This document shows positions 40,564 through 50,290 of a stretch of 64,000 bases of DNA, in pieces; within the stretch, counting starts at the first letter, position 1, and each line of letters opens with the position of its first letter. The notes below the pieces were generated by a model. That model saw only the letters and a list, made by a program, of their open reading frames with translations. It was not told where the DNA came from and searched no databases. Origin of the DNA: Gemmatimonadales bacterium (GTDB lineage: Bacteria > Gemmatimonadota > Gemmatimonadetes > Gemmatimonadales > GWC2-71-9); assembly GCA_965249575.1 (NCBI GenBank), contig OZ252244.1, positions 2,368,001 through 2,432,000 of the forward strand, given 5' to 3'. The translations under genes were made by a program, and so were the position numbers.

Positions 40564-41856
40564 CTACGAACGGCGGCGCGGCTTCGCTTTCCCGCTGCTG
40601 GAGCCGGAAGACCCGCGGCTTCCACCTCGCGTATACCCGCCCTTTGAGGCCGTGCTTCCCCGACGTCCGGACGCGCTGGATCCGCGACCGGACGATGCGG
40701 GCTGGCTCCCGCGCCGTCTTGTGTTCTGCACGGCTCGGCGGGGTGTATCACTTCCCGAGCTGGTGCTACGTGTGTAGCCCCGGCCCTTCACCACTTGGCC
40801 ATCGCGTGCACCCCCCTCGTCCCCCTGGCCCCGAAGGATGATGATGGTGCGTCCCGGGTAGCCGTAACCGTAGGGGCTGTACCATCCGAGCCCGCCTCCG
40901 TAGCCCCCAAAGCCATATCCGTAACAGAGTGAGGAGCGGTAAAAGCTCTGTGAGCCACATCCGGAGTAGCTACCCCGGTTATGCGGTCCCCACCCATACG
41001 GGTCGCTCCCGTAGTGGTCGGTTCCGTAACCCGATTCGGCGGAGCCGCCGCGCGGTCGAAGGTCCGGGCCTTCGCCACCGCGGCTGATCTCGAAGCGGTC
41101 GGGATAGGACAGCGCCACCACGACGTCGATGACGTCGTCCGACACGTCGGCTTCCGCGAGGGCGACTAACCCACCAGCATCCAGTTGGAATGCCTGGTCG
41201 CGCTCGAAGAGGAATACTTCAAGCGCCTCCGGATCGACGCTCCGTGCGGCTTCGCGAACGTCGGCGAGCGTGAGGCGCATCGACGCCACGATCCTGGCTT
41301 CGTTAACCTGGAACTGCTCGTCCGGCGTGATCGCGAACTCGGCTGGCGGCATCGACTCTGCGGGCTGATAGCGGACGACGCGCGGTGTCCGCTCTCCCTC
41401 GAGGCCGATTGCTTGTGCATCGATCCACTCGCCTTCGGTGGACATCGCCATCACCGCGGATGCCGTCCGGACCGTACCATCCTCACAGGTGCGCTCGGAC
41501 CGCAAGTAGACCCGCTGGCCATCCGATGAGAACGCTGCCGACTGCCAGCCGCGACATGTGTCGGTCCCCTGCTCGTAGCGCTGTCCGTCAGCCACGAGCC
41601 TGTGCGTCGACACGATCCGCGTGCCTGCCACGGTGGACACGTCCACCCCGGCTCCACCCGCGCGAACGCAGACGAGACTCTCGGCGAGCGGGTCATCAGC
41701 GGGTTGCCAGCAGCCGAACCACGGCAACCATCGCGTATCGGGTCCCGCCTGTCCGAGGATCTGAGTTGGCCAGGCGCACGCCAAGGCCGCAACGATCGTT
41801 CCCACCACGAGAATCGAGTTTCTGCCCGATGGGTACCGCGCTGTAAGTTTTTTCAT
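40564..41856 (-). CDS. Secreted hypothetical protein with low-complexity YG-rich and RS/G-rich C-terminal tail
   Basis: GGAG RBS, signal peptide, WLPWFGCW beta domain, tail YGYGFGGYGGGLGWYSPYGYGY...SSGRGSSASGRRGS. Confidence 0.75.
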   Translation of the reverse strand: MKKLTARYPSGRNSILVVGTIVAALACAWPTQILGQAGPDTRWLPWFGCWQPADDPLAESLVCVRAGGAGVDVSTVAGTRIVSTHRLVADGQRYEQGTDTCRGWQSAAFSSDGQRVYLRSERTCEDGTVRTASAVMAMSTEGEWIDAQAIGLEGERTPRVVRYQPAESMPPAEFAITPDEQFQVNEARIVASMRLTLADVREAARSVDPEALEVFLFERDQAFQLDAGGLVALAEADVSDDVIDVVVALSYPDRFEISRGGEGPDLRPRGGSAESGYGTDHYGSDPYGWGPHNRGSYSGCGSQSFYRSSLCYGYGFGGYGGGLGWYSPYGYGYPGRTIIILRGQGDEGGARDGQVVKGRGYTRSTSSGSDTPRRAVQNTRRRGSQPASSGRGSSASGRRGSTASKGGYTRGGSRGSSGSSSGKAKPRRRS

Positions 41857-41870
41857 CGTTGCCGCTCCAG

Positions 41871-42650
41871 CTAGAGGCGGAGGCGAACGCCCCCTGATAT
41901 CTGCAGTCCGTTCAAGTCGATGCCGTCGGTGAATCCGGCGAATCGATTGTCCAGGCCGCCCGAGGCAACCTGATACCGCACGTCCGTGTTGATTACGACT
42001 CTGTCACTCAGACTGTAGTCCAATCCGGTCATGAAGACCGCGAGCGGCGCCCAACCGCTCGATTCGAACGCATCTTCGAAGATGTCGAGATTCTGGAAAT
42101 CGACGAACGATCCGACCTGTTGGAACGTGTAGTGCACCACCCCGCCCCCGGCGCCGACATAAGGCGAGAGCCGGGCAGGCACCCACGCGAATCGACCGAT
42201 GCGCCGTCCGCGAGGTGTGAGGTACAACCGCACGGCCGCGGTGATCGGGGTCTGGGAGAACGTGGTCTGCTGTCGAATCGGAAGGTCGTTCTGATCGACG
42301 AAATCGCGGAACTCGGATGCCCTGCTGATCCGTGCGTGGGCGGTGCCGAACACGACCTCGACCGGTCCTGTTACCGTGATACCGATCTCCCCCGCTCCCA
42401 TGAACGCACTGAAATCCGTTCGATCGAGCGTCAGCTGTTCGGTCGCGAGATCGAATACACCGCTTCCGGCCCGTGCGAGGTTGAAGCCCACTCGCATTCC
42501 GAACGTGACGCGCGGCGGCTGAAAGCGGAACCCGTCCGGGGTGTGCTGAACGACGTCCGCGACGGGCGTCGCGCGCGCGCTCAGTCCTTGCGCGCTCGCC
42601 ACGCTCGGGAATGGCAGGATTACGATCGCAACCAGGGTCGAAGGTCGCAC
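41871..42650 (-). CDS. Outer-membrane beta-barrel protein
   Basis: Probable GTG start at 42650, signal peptide ASA-Q, SPYVGAGGG strand, C-terminal QISGGVRLRL. Confidence 0.75.
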   Translation of the reverse strand: MRPSTLVAIVILPFPSVASAQGLSARATPVADVVQHTPDGFRFQPPRVTFGMRVGFNLARAGSGVFDLATEQLTLDRTDFSAFMGAGEIGITVTGPVEVVFGTAHARISRASEFRDFVDQNDLPIRQQTTFSQTPITAAVRLYLTPRGRRIGRFAWVPARLSPYVGAGGGVVHYTFQQVGSFVDFQNLDIFEDAFESSGWAPLAVFMTGLDYSLSDRVVINTDVRYQVASGGLDNRFAGFTDGIDLNGLQISGGVRLRL

Positions 42651-42818
42651 GTTCGTCTGGATCTCCCTCTGCTTCTCTACCCACCAACGGGCTGGAGGTA
42701 CCACACCTCAAATCTAGGACCGCATCACGCGAGGGGCCAGGAAGTGCGGCGGCTGATATCATTACCAACGGAAGTGAGGGTGTGCTACACTATGATTTCA
42801 CTCGAGTGATTGGGACTC

Positions 42819-43976
42819 ATGCTATGTGACAGACGGGAGTTCCTCCGTGCGTCCGCGATCGGCGCGGTCGGCATCGGCGTGTCCGGAGTGGCACCGGCGT
42901 CCGCGGAGCCGGCGTTAGCGGGGCTCGCCCTTGGGGCGGCAAACCCATTGCGCATCTTGATACTCGGTGGCACCGGGTTCCTGGGACCGCACCTGGTTTA
43001 CCACGCCCTCGAACACGGCCATACGGTATCGATCTTCACGCGCGGGCGCACCGAGCCGCCCATTCACCGCGAAATGTTCGCTCGGGTCGAGCGGTTGGTC
43101 GGCGACCGCGAGAACGATCTGGCGGCGCTCCGGGGTCGAACCTGGGATGCTGTCATCGACAACTCCGCCAGACGGATTTCCTGGACGCGCGACGCCGCCC
43201 AACTCCTCGAGAACTCAGTCGGTGTGTATCTGTACACGTCGGGCAGGGGAGTCTACCTGCCCTATCTCCAATCCGGGATCACGGAAGACACTCCGGTCGT
43301 GATGGCGGACAATCCGCCCCGGGACCCACCGAGTTACGGAGTGATGAAGGCGGGTGCGGAGGCCGAGGCAATGAAAGCGTTTGGTGCCGAACGGACGATC
43401 GTGGTGCGACCCACCTACATTGTCGGCCCCGCCGACCGATCGAACCGATTCACCTACTGGCCGGCCCGGATCGAACAAGGGGGCGAGGTCTTGGTGCCAG
43501 GCAGAGCGGACGACCCGGTGCAGTACATCGACGTCCGGGACCTCGCGGAGTTCATGGTAGGGCTCTTGGAGCGTCGCAACGTTGGGACCTTCAACGTGGC
43601 GGGACCCTCCTCCACGCTCAGCATGCACGCCTTCGTGTACGGGGTCCACGCCGCGGTCTCGTCCGCGGTTTCCTGGACCATGGTCCACGATTACGATTTC
43701 CTGCGCGCCCACGAGGTGATGAACATCGTTCCCTGGATCATGCCGGTCGGTGAGAACTACGGCTTCGCGCGAATCAACATCGATCGTGCCAAAGAGGCCG
43801 GGCTGACCCATCGACCCCTTGCTGTCACCGTTCGGGATACGCTCGAGTGGTGGCATTCAGACGTCGTAACGGCGGAGCGGCGCAAACAGGCATGGTCCGG
43901 AGGTCCCGGGGCGTTTGCGTTAACGATAGAGCGCGAGGCGAGCATCATGCGGGACTGGAAACAGCGGGGGAGGTAG
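42819..43976 (+). CDS. NAD-dependent epimerase/dehydratase (extended SDR) with Tat signal
   Basis: DRREFL Tat motif, ILILGGTGFLG, WDAVID, YGVMK, RPTYIVGP, QYIDVRDLA. Confidence 0.88.
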   Translation: MLCDRREFLRASAIGAVGIGVSGVAPASAEPALAGLALGAANPLRILILGGTGFLGPHLVYHALEHGHTVSIFTRGRTEPPIHREMFARVERLVGDRENDLAALRGRTWDAVIDNSARRISWTRDAAQLLENSVGVYLYTSGRGVYLPYLQSGITEDTPVVMADNPPRDPPSYGVMKAGAEAEAMKAFGAERTIVVRPTYIVGPADRSNRFTYWPARIEQGGEVLVPGRADDPVQYIDVRDLAEFMVGLLERRNVGTFNVAGPSSTLSMHAFVYGVHAAVSSAVSWTMVHDYDFLRAHEVMNIVPWIMPVGENYGFARINIDRAKEAGLTHRPLAVTVRDTLEWWHSDVVTAERRKQAWSGGPGAFALTIEREASIMRDWKQRGR

Positions 43977-44023
43977 TCGATCCTCGTGAAGTCTTCACGT
44001 TCTGCTCGGCCTAGACCCGCGCC

Positions 44024-45103
44024 GTGACTGTCGCTGGCGCGCCCGGCCCCCTCAAGATCCTGATCCTCGGCGGAACGAGTTTTCTCGGACCGCACATGAT
44101 TCGTTACGCCCTCGAGCGGGGGCATTCGATCTCCACGTTCACGCGGGGCCGCACACCGCCCGCTCTCCACGAGGAGCTGTTCTCACACGTCGAGCCGCTC
44201 GTTGGAGAACGCGAGGGCGACCTGCAGGCCTTGAGGGGTCGGAAGTGGGACGCCGTCATCGACAACTCGGGCCGGTGGGTCTCCTGGACGCGCGACAGCG
44301 CGCAACTGCTCAAAGACTCGGTCGATCTCTACCTCTATACCTCCGGGAGAACGGTCTACACGCCGTACCTCGGGTCGGACATTACGGAGGACACGCCGCT
44401 CCGGATGCAGGATGACCCTCTGAGGGACCCGCCGACTATCGGGATCATCAAGGCGAATTCAGAAGCGGAGGCCCGAAAGGCATTTGGCGACCTCCGTACG
44501 ATCGTCGTCCGTCCCTCCTACGTCGTCGGACCCGCCGATTCCACGAACCGTTTCGCGTATTGGCCCGATCGCCTCGCGCGGGGAGGCGAAGTGCTGATGC
44601 CGGGCAAGAAAAATGACCCCGTTCAGTTCATCGATGTACGGGACCTGACGGAGTTCATGATCCGGCTCGTCGAGACCAGAAATGCTGGCACGTTCAACGC
44701 GACGGGACCGGGGTCCCGGCTGCAGTTGCACGGCTTCGTGGACGCGATCCGGGCAGCGGTCCAATCGGACGCTTCGTTCACAGAGGTAGAGGACTACGAC
44801 TTCTTGCAGCAGCACGGGCTCACCAACGTCGTCCCCTGGATTATGCCGGTCGGCGACAACTATGGATTCGCGCGCATCAACATCGATCGCGCGAAACGAG
44901 CTTGACTCACGCACCGGCCGCTGACGGACACCGCCCACGAGACCCTCGAGTGGTGGCACTCGGACGCCGTCCCCGAGGAGCGGAGGCGCGCGGCATGGTC
45001 GGGCGGGCCCGGGGGCTTCGCCCTGACCCTCGAGCGGGAGAGGGAGATCGCTCGGGCGTGGAAGAGGCGCACGGGGTCGACGGCGGGTGGCTGGGCGCGC
45101 TAG
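44024..45103 (+). pseudogene. Tandem paralog of the epimerase, no Tat signal, in-frame TGA at 44903-44905
   Basis: Collinear with 42819-43976; AKRA*LTHRPL aligns with AKEAGLTHRPL and the frame continues to TAG at 45103. Confidence 0.85.
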
Positions 45104-45230
45104 CAGCCTGGGTCCGCCCACGCCATTTTAGGAGGGTCGCCGCCTGCAACGCCCTGGAGGGTCGGTGCTGTCCTCGGTTCATGAGCTGCCTCGTCCCGTA
45201 AGCCAATCCCCCAACCCCGATGGAGTAGAC

Positions 45231-46180
45231 ATGGCCAAGAAAGTCATTGCGGTAGTTGGCGCGACCGGTGCGCAGGGTGGCGGTCTCGCTCGCGCGATCC
45301 TTCGCGACAAAGGCCGCGATTTTACGGCTCGCGCAATCACCCGGAAGCCGGATTCCGACAGGGCCAAGGAGCTTGCTTCGCAGGGGGCCGAGGTCGTGAA
45401 AGCGGACCTCGACGACCCGCCAGCGTCGAACGGGCATTCAACGGAGCGTACGGCGCGTTCTGCGTCACCAACTTCTGGGAGCACTTCTCACCCCAGAAGG
45501 AAACCGCGCAGGGAAAGACGTTGGCCGAAGCGGCAAGCGCAGCGGGCATTCGGCACGCGATTTGGTCGACCTTCGAGGACACGCGCCAGTACATACCGCT
45601 CGACGACGACCGCATGCCCACCCTTCAGGACCATTACAAGGTCCCTCACTTCGATGCCAAGGCCGAAGCGAACAAGTACTTCGCGGACTTGGGAGTGCCC
45701 ACCACGTTGCTGCTTACCTCGGGCTACTGGGAGAACTTCGTCACCTTCGGATGGGGGCCGCAGAAGGGACCGGATGGCGGGTTGTTCGTGGTGTTCCCGA
45801 TGGACGACGTGAAGCTGCCGTTGATCGGGGTCGAGGACATCGGCAAGTGCGCGTACGGCATCCTCCAGCGGGGCAACGAGTACATCGGCAGGACTGTGGG
45901 TGTCGCGGGCGAGCACATGACGGGTTCGGAGATCGCTCAGGCGCTGTCCACGGCTCTGGGAAAGCCGATCGCGTACAATGCGGTACCGGCGGATGTGTAT
46001 CGCGGCTTCGGGTTCCCCGGAGCCGACGACATCGGCAACATGTTCCAGTTCAAGCGTGACTTCACGGACGTGTATGCGAAGCACCGAAGCGTGGATGAGA
46101 GTCGCCGGCTCAATCCCGAGCTGAAAACTTTCAAGCAATGGCTCGAGCAGAACGCGGCAAAGATCTCGATCCCGGATTGA
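45231..46180 (+). CDS. NmrA/HSCARG family NAD(P)-binding protein; frameshift near 45420
   Basis: IAVVGATGAQGG, EVVKADLDD; second frame VTNFWEH, VPHFDAK, VEDIGK. Confidence 0.85.
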
Positions 46181-46244
46181 CCGCCGAACGATATGAGGGG
46201 GTGTAACGCGTCATCCAGCAACACGGCCTCGTCGGTGAGCACTG

Positions 46245-46545
46245 ATGAGCGTAGATAAACCGCCGGTTTCTGGAGGTTCTCGTCGAATTGGCGTCGGTGA
46301 GCGCTGCTCGACGCGCACATCAAAGTTCCGTCTGGCCGAATCGTTTGCGATCGCCGGCAGCAGAGATCGAGCCCTGGACTTGCTGGAGCGGGCGGTTGAC
46401 GAGGGATTCCACGCTTATCCGTCCTGGCCGAGTATTGCCCGTTCTTCGAATCGCTACGCGGGACGCCGCGGTGCAAGGAGGTTTTGGCGAAGGCGGAACA
46501 ACGGGTGAGCGAGTCCCGCATGGGGAGAGTGGGTCCGGCTGTTGA
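46245..46545 (+). pseudogene. Remnant of a TPR C-terminal domain of the type found on Ser/Thr kinases or regulators
   Basis: LAESFAIAGSRDRALDLLERAVDEGF, then shifted frame PFFESLRGTPRCKEVL; no convincing start. Confidence 0.5.
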
Positions 46546-46555
46546 AACGTACAAG

Positions 46556-46629
<74 letters not shown>

Positions 46630-46719
46630 AACCGACAGGGGGCAGGTTAGGTGGCAGGTGTCAGGTAGCAGCGGCGAATCATCCCTGAAACCTGGCACCG
46701 GAACCTGACACCTGTCGTA

Positions 46720-46793
46720 TCGGGGCGGCCGGACTTGAACCGGCGACCTCCTGCTCCCGAAGCAGGCGCGCTACCGGGCTGCGCTACGCCCCG
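46720..46793 (-). tRNA. tRNA-Pro(CGG)
   Basis: CGGGGCG acceptor stem, CCTGC-TT CGG GA-GCAGG. Confidence 0.97.
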
Positions 46794-46820
46794 TGAAACA
46801 ACCGTCTGGTGCTCTTTCCA

Positions 46821-46894
46821 TGCGCCCAGGAGGACTCGAACCCCCAGCCTTTTGGTCCGTAGCCAAACGCTCTATCCAATTGAGCTATGGGCGC
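46821..46894 (-). tRNA. tRNA-Arg(ACG)
   Basis: GCGCCCA acceptor stem, TTTGG-CT ACG GA-CCAAA. Confidence 0.97.
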
Positions 46895-46964
46895 AATGTA
46901 GGAAGTAGAGGTTGGGTGGCACACCACTCACTCCCTGCTCGCCACTCACCACTCACCACTCCCA

Positions 46965-47038
46965 TGGGCGGTACTAGATTCGAACTAGTGACCTCCACGA
47001 TGTCAACGTGGCGCTCTAACCAGCTGAGCTAACCGCCC
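46965..47038 (-). tRNA. tRNA-Val(GAC)
   Basis: GGGCGGT acceptor stem, CCACG-TT GAC AT-CGTGG. Confidence 0.97.
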
Positions 47039-47120
47039 GTAGAAAACGGTTGAAAGACGGTAGGGCGGCAGGGCGGTGGGAAGGTCGTGGACCTTTCCTT
47101 ACCGCTCTACCGCCCTTCAG

Positions 47121-47194
47121 TAGCGGGGGTGGGATTTGAACCCACGACCTCCGGGTTATGAGCCCGGCGAGCTACCAGACTGCTCCACCCCGCG
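47121..47194 (-). tRNA. Initiator tRNA-fMet(CAT)
   Basis: C1:U72 mismatch, consecutive G-C pairs in the anticodon stem CCGGG-CT CAT AA-CCCGG. Confidence 0.95.
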
Positions 47195-47284
47195 CCGATG
47201 ATCAGTCTTTAAATGTAGCATTCCTGCCCCAGGACCGCTGCTGGCCCCCGACCGGCCGGTCGTGCTAGGGGAGCAGCGGCTTAG

Positions 47285-47357
47285 AGCGGGAAACGGGACT
47301 CGAACCCGCGACCCCAACCTTGGCAAGGTTGTGCTCTACCAACTGAGCTATTCCCGC
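47285..47357 (-). tRNA. tRNA-Gly(GCC)
   Basis: GCGGGAA acceptor stem, CAACC-TT GCC AA-GGTTG, U73. Confidence 0.97.
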
Positions 47358-47455
47358 GAGGCGAACGAGAGACAGTGACGAGGGAGTCAGGGCCTCCGCT
47401 CGCACCCTGTGAAGTCGCTGTGGCGTCCGTGCGTGTGATCCTGCGGCTGGTGGAG

Positions 47456-47528
47456 TGGAGGCGAGGGGAATCGAACCCCTGACCTCGTGAATGCCATTCA
47501 CGCGCTCTCCCAACTGAGCTACGCCCCC
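47456..47528 (-). tRNA. tRNA-Ala(GGC)
   Basis: G3:U70 pair, CGTGA-AT GGC AT-TCACG. Confidence 0.97.
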
Positions 47529-47569
47529 GTGTGCAAGCGCCCCCGAGAGCCGCGCGCCGGGAACACGGC

Positions 47570-47598
47570 AACCTAGCCTTGCCCCAATAGGGTGTCAA
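47570..47598 (-). promoter_or_regulatory. Sigma-70 promoter of the tRNA cluster
   Basis: TTGACA-N17-TAGGTT followed by a GC-rich stretch, 41 nt before tRNA-Ala. Confidence 0.7.
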
Positions 47599-47718
47599 GC
47601 TTATTGTGAGGGCTTGTTGAACATACTGTTGGGGTGGGTGTATTCATAGCCAGAGCAGCGAAACTCCATGCGTCGGGCTCCGCGGCGGGCGGCGCGTAAC
47701 ACCATAAAAGGGAACGAG

Positions 47719-48612
47719 ATGGCTCAGGCACCAGAGCGAAAGAGGCGCCGCCGTCGGCAGGCACCGGTCTTGGTCGTTAGCGACGACGACCGCGATCTCC
47801 TCGACCAGTACCTCTACGAAGTCAGCAAGACGCCGCTGCTTACGGCGCCGGAGGAGATTGCGCTGGCGAAGAAGGTGCGCGCGGGTGATCAGGAGGCCAT
47901 GCAGGAGTTGGCTAAGCGCAACCTTCGCTTCGTCATCTCGGTCGCCAAGAAATACCAGAATCGGGGCCTTCCCCTGACCGATCTGATCGGCGAGGGCAAC
48001 GTTGGGCTGCTGACGGCTGCCCGGAAGTTCGACCCGGATCAGGGGGTGAAGTTCATCTCTTACGCCGTCTGGTGGATCCGACAGGCGATCCTCGCGTCGC
48101 TCGCGCGCCATGGACGGACGGTTCGCGTGCCGCTCAATCGCACGGCCGACCTGTCGAAGATCGTCCGGACCGCGGAGGCGCTCCGCCAGGAGCTTCGGCG
48201 AGAGCCGACGCCCGAGGAGATTTCGCTGGCGACCGGGCTTTCACTCGAGGTGGTTCAGTCACTGGCGGCTCTGAACACCGGCGAGGTTCGGCTCGACGCT
48301 CCCCTCGATCCCGACGGCGACCGGGCGCTCATCGAGCGCTTCATTGCCGAGGATCTGCCGGACACCGAAGAGCGGACGATGGAGCGGTTCTTGAGCGACG
48401 AGGTCGAGGAGGCGCTCCAGACCCTGCCGGCGCGGGACGCGAAGGTCCTGCGCCTGTACTTCGGGCTGGACGGGGGGCGTGAACACACCCTGGAGGAGAT
48501 CGGGGGCGTCCTCGGCGTGACGCGGGAGCGGGTCCGGCAACTCCGGGATCGCGCGCTCAAGCGGCTGCGCGAGGGCGACGTCGGGCGAGCGCTCGCGAGC
48601 TTCGCCGCGTAA
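47719..48612 (+). CDS. RpoD/SigA-family sigma factor without region 1.1
   Basis: LDQYLYEV (1.2), NLRFVISVAKKY, DLIGEGNVGL, KFISYAVWWIRQAI (2.3-2.4), HTLEEIG...VTRERVRQ (4.2). Confidence 0.95.
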   Translation: MAQAPERKRRRRRQAPVLVVSDDDRDLLDQYLYEVSKTPLLTAPEEIALAKKVRAGDQEAMQELAKRNLRFVISVAKKYQNRGLPLTDLIGEGNVGLLTAARKFDPDQGVKFISYAVWWIRQAILASLARHGRTVRVPLNRTADLSKIVRTAEALRQELRREPTPEEISLATGLSLEVVQSLAALNTGEVRLDAPLDPDGDRALIERFIAEDLPDTEERTMERFLSDEVEEALQTLPARDAKVLRLYFGLDGGREHTLEEIGGVLGVTRERVRQLRDRALKRLREGDVGRALASFAA

Positions 48613-48642
48613 ACCCCAAACCGAGCCAGCAGTACACCGACC

Positions 48643-48666
48643 GGGGGCCCGTAAGGGCCCCTTGTT
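48643..48666 (+). terminator. Intrinsic terminator
   Basis: GGGGCCC-GTAA-GGGCCCC then TTGTT. Confidence 0.6.
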
Positions 48667-48741
48667 CGTGTCCCGTACCCCGCGTCCCCGTCGCTCGTTT
48701 CACCCTGGCTTCTTTGCCACGGGGCCCCTAGAATTCGCTGC

Positions 48742-49503
48742 GTGTATGATCTTGCGGCAGCACGAGTTGCCGGCTGGCTGAAGGCGGCTGGGCGCCTTGG
48801 CAACTTCCTGGCGGACGTTGCCACAGGCCTGCGGGACGTCGAAATCTGGTCGGGACTCACTGCCGTGCAGATGCGCCGCATCGGCGTCAACTCCCTGCCC
48901 ATCGCAGTGTTCATCGCGACCTTCACCGGGATCGTGTTGGCCCTCCAGTCATCGTATACCTTTACGGGTGCGGTTCCGATGTACTTCGTTGGGACGCTGG
49001 TCGGCAAGACGGTCATGCTCGAGCTCGGTCCGGTCCTGACGGGCCTCGCCCTGGCGGGCCGGGTCGGGGCGAACATAGCGGCGGAACTCGGTACCATGCG
49101 GGTAACCGAGCAGGTCGACGCCCTGGAGACGCTCGCGTACGACCCGAATTCCTTTTTGGTGGTTCCCAGGGTGCTGGCAGCCACCATCATGTTTCCTGCC
49201 ATAGTGGCGATCGCCATCGTGGTCGGGATCGTGTCGGGATGGGCGACCGCGGTGAACCTGCTTGACCTCTCGACGGTCGAGTTCATCAAGGGCCTTCAAT
49301 TGTTTTATCAGTTCAAGGACGTATGGTTCGGCCTGTTCAAAAGCATGTCGTTCGGGTTCGTCATTGCCGTGATCGGCTGTATCAAGGGGCTGAGCGTGCG
49401 GGGAGGGGCCGTCGGCGTGGGTCGGGCGGCGACCGAGGCCGTCGTGATGAGCGCCATGGCAATTCTCGCTCTCGATGCGTTTTGGGCGCTGATACTCCTT
49501 TGA
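48742..49503 (+). CDS. mlaE: MlaE-family ABC permease
   Basis: ELGPVLTGL..AGRVG..IAAELGTMRVTEQVDALE, GAVGVGRAAT. Confidence 0.95.
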   Translation: MYDLAAARVAGWLKAAGRLGNFLADVATGLRDVEIWSGLTAVQMRRIGVNSLPIAVFIATFTGIVLALQSSYTFTGAVPMYFVGTLVGKTVMLELGPVLTGLALAGRVGANIAAELGTMRVTEQVDALETLAYDPNSFLVVPRVLAATIMFPAIVAIAIVVGIVSGWATAVNLLDLSTVEFIKGLQLFYQFKDVWFGLFKSMSFGFVIAVIGCIKGLSVRGGAVGVGRAATEAVVMSAMAILALDAFWALILL

Positions 49504-49522
49504 TCCAGGCGGGTGGGGCCGA

Positions 49523-50290
49523 ATGATCTCGTTCAGAGATGTGTACAAGCGATTCGGCCCGAAGCGCGTCCTCGAGGGCTTCTCGCTCGAGGTGCCAGAG
49601 GGCGAGACCATGGTCGTCATTGGGTATTCAGGGTCTGGCAAGAGCGTCGCGCTCAAGCACGTCGTGGGGCTTCTTGTACCCGATGCAGGCGCGGTGGAGG
49701 TGGACGGCCAGACGGTGCACGCGCTCGATCGCGACGGGTTGGCCGATCTCCGAGCCAGCATCGGATACGTCTTCCAGTTCGCCGCGCTGTTCGACTCGAT
49801 GACCGTTCGTGAGAACATCGAGTTGGGCCTCAAGCGGCGAGGGCTCACGAATAGGGAGATCGAGGAGCGCGTGCGTGAGTCGCTCGGTCTTGTGGATCTC
49901 GAGGACACCGAGCACCTATCCCCCGTCGAGTTGTCCGGTGGGATGCGGAAACGCGTAGCGATCGCTCGCGCGATCGCTCTCAAGCCGCGGTACATACTGT
50001 ACGACGAGCCGACCACGGGCCTAGACCCCGTCACGGCGGCGCTGATCAACCAATTGATGGTGAGAGCGCGCGAGAAGTTGGGAGTAACCGGTGTCGTGGT
50101 CACCCACGATATGACGAGCGCCTTTAGCGTCGGGGATCGCATTGCAATGCTCTATCACGGCGCCATTCGGCAGGTCGGCACGGTGGAAGCGATCCGGCAG
50201 ACACACGATCCCATCGTGCGCCAGTTCATCGAGGGGAGGCCGGAGGCCGCGTTAGAAGCCGACCATCCGGCAGCCGAGGCGGCGCGATGA
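49523..50290 (+). CDS. mlaF: MlaF-family ABC ATPase
   Basis: GYSGSGKS, FQFAALFDS, LSGGMRKRV, YDEPTTGLDP. Confidence 0.95.
   Translation: MISFRDVYKRFGPKRVLEGFSLEVPEGETMVVIGYSGSGKSVALKHVVGLLVPDAGAVEVDGQTVHALDRDGLADLRASIGYVFQFAALFDSMTVRENIELGLKRRGLTNREIEERVRESLGLVDLEDTEHLSPVELSGGMRKRVAIARAIALKPRYILYDEPTTGLDPVTAALINQLMVRAREKLGVTGVVVTHDMTSAFSVGDRIAMLYHGAIRQVGTVEAIRQTHDPIVRQFIEGRPEAALEADHPAAEAAR

Larger units (their letters stand above)
46630..47120. repeat. Short 7-8 nt tandem and inverted repeats in tRNA spacers
   Basis: CCTGAAA/CCTGGCA/CCTGACA with inverted CAGGTGTCAGG; (CCACTCA)n; GGCGGTAG-type units with inverted CTACCGCC. Confidence 0.6.

Noticed and set aside
11019..44905. Stop-codon reassignment or pyrrolysine readthrough explaining the in-frame stops
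   Set aside because: The three stops differ (TAG, TAA, TGA), each is one substitution from the expected sense codon (Tyr, Gln, Gly), and all three codon types terminate normal genes in the window
44903..44905. Selenocysteine at the TGA, given a SelA-like gene nearby
   Set aside because: The position aligns with Gly, not Cys, in the adjacent paralog; the SelA-like protein has an export signal; no selB or selC is seen
18500..46550. Prophage, ICE or recently acquired island
   Set aside because: No integrase, transposase, phage or conjugation genes, and no compositional shift visible by eye
46630..47120. CRISPR array
   Set aside because: Repeat units are 7-8 nt without unique spacers, and no cas genes are present
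47448..47460. Encoded CCA or integration scar after tRNA-Ala (CTCCA CTCCA CCA)
   Set aside because: A 5-nt duplication is too short to interpret
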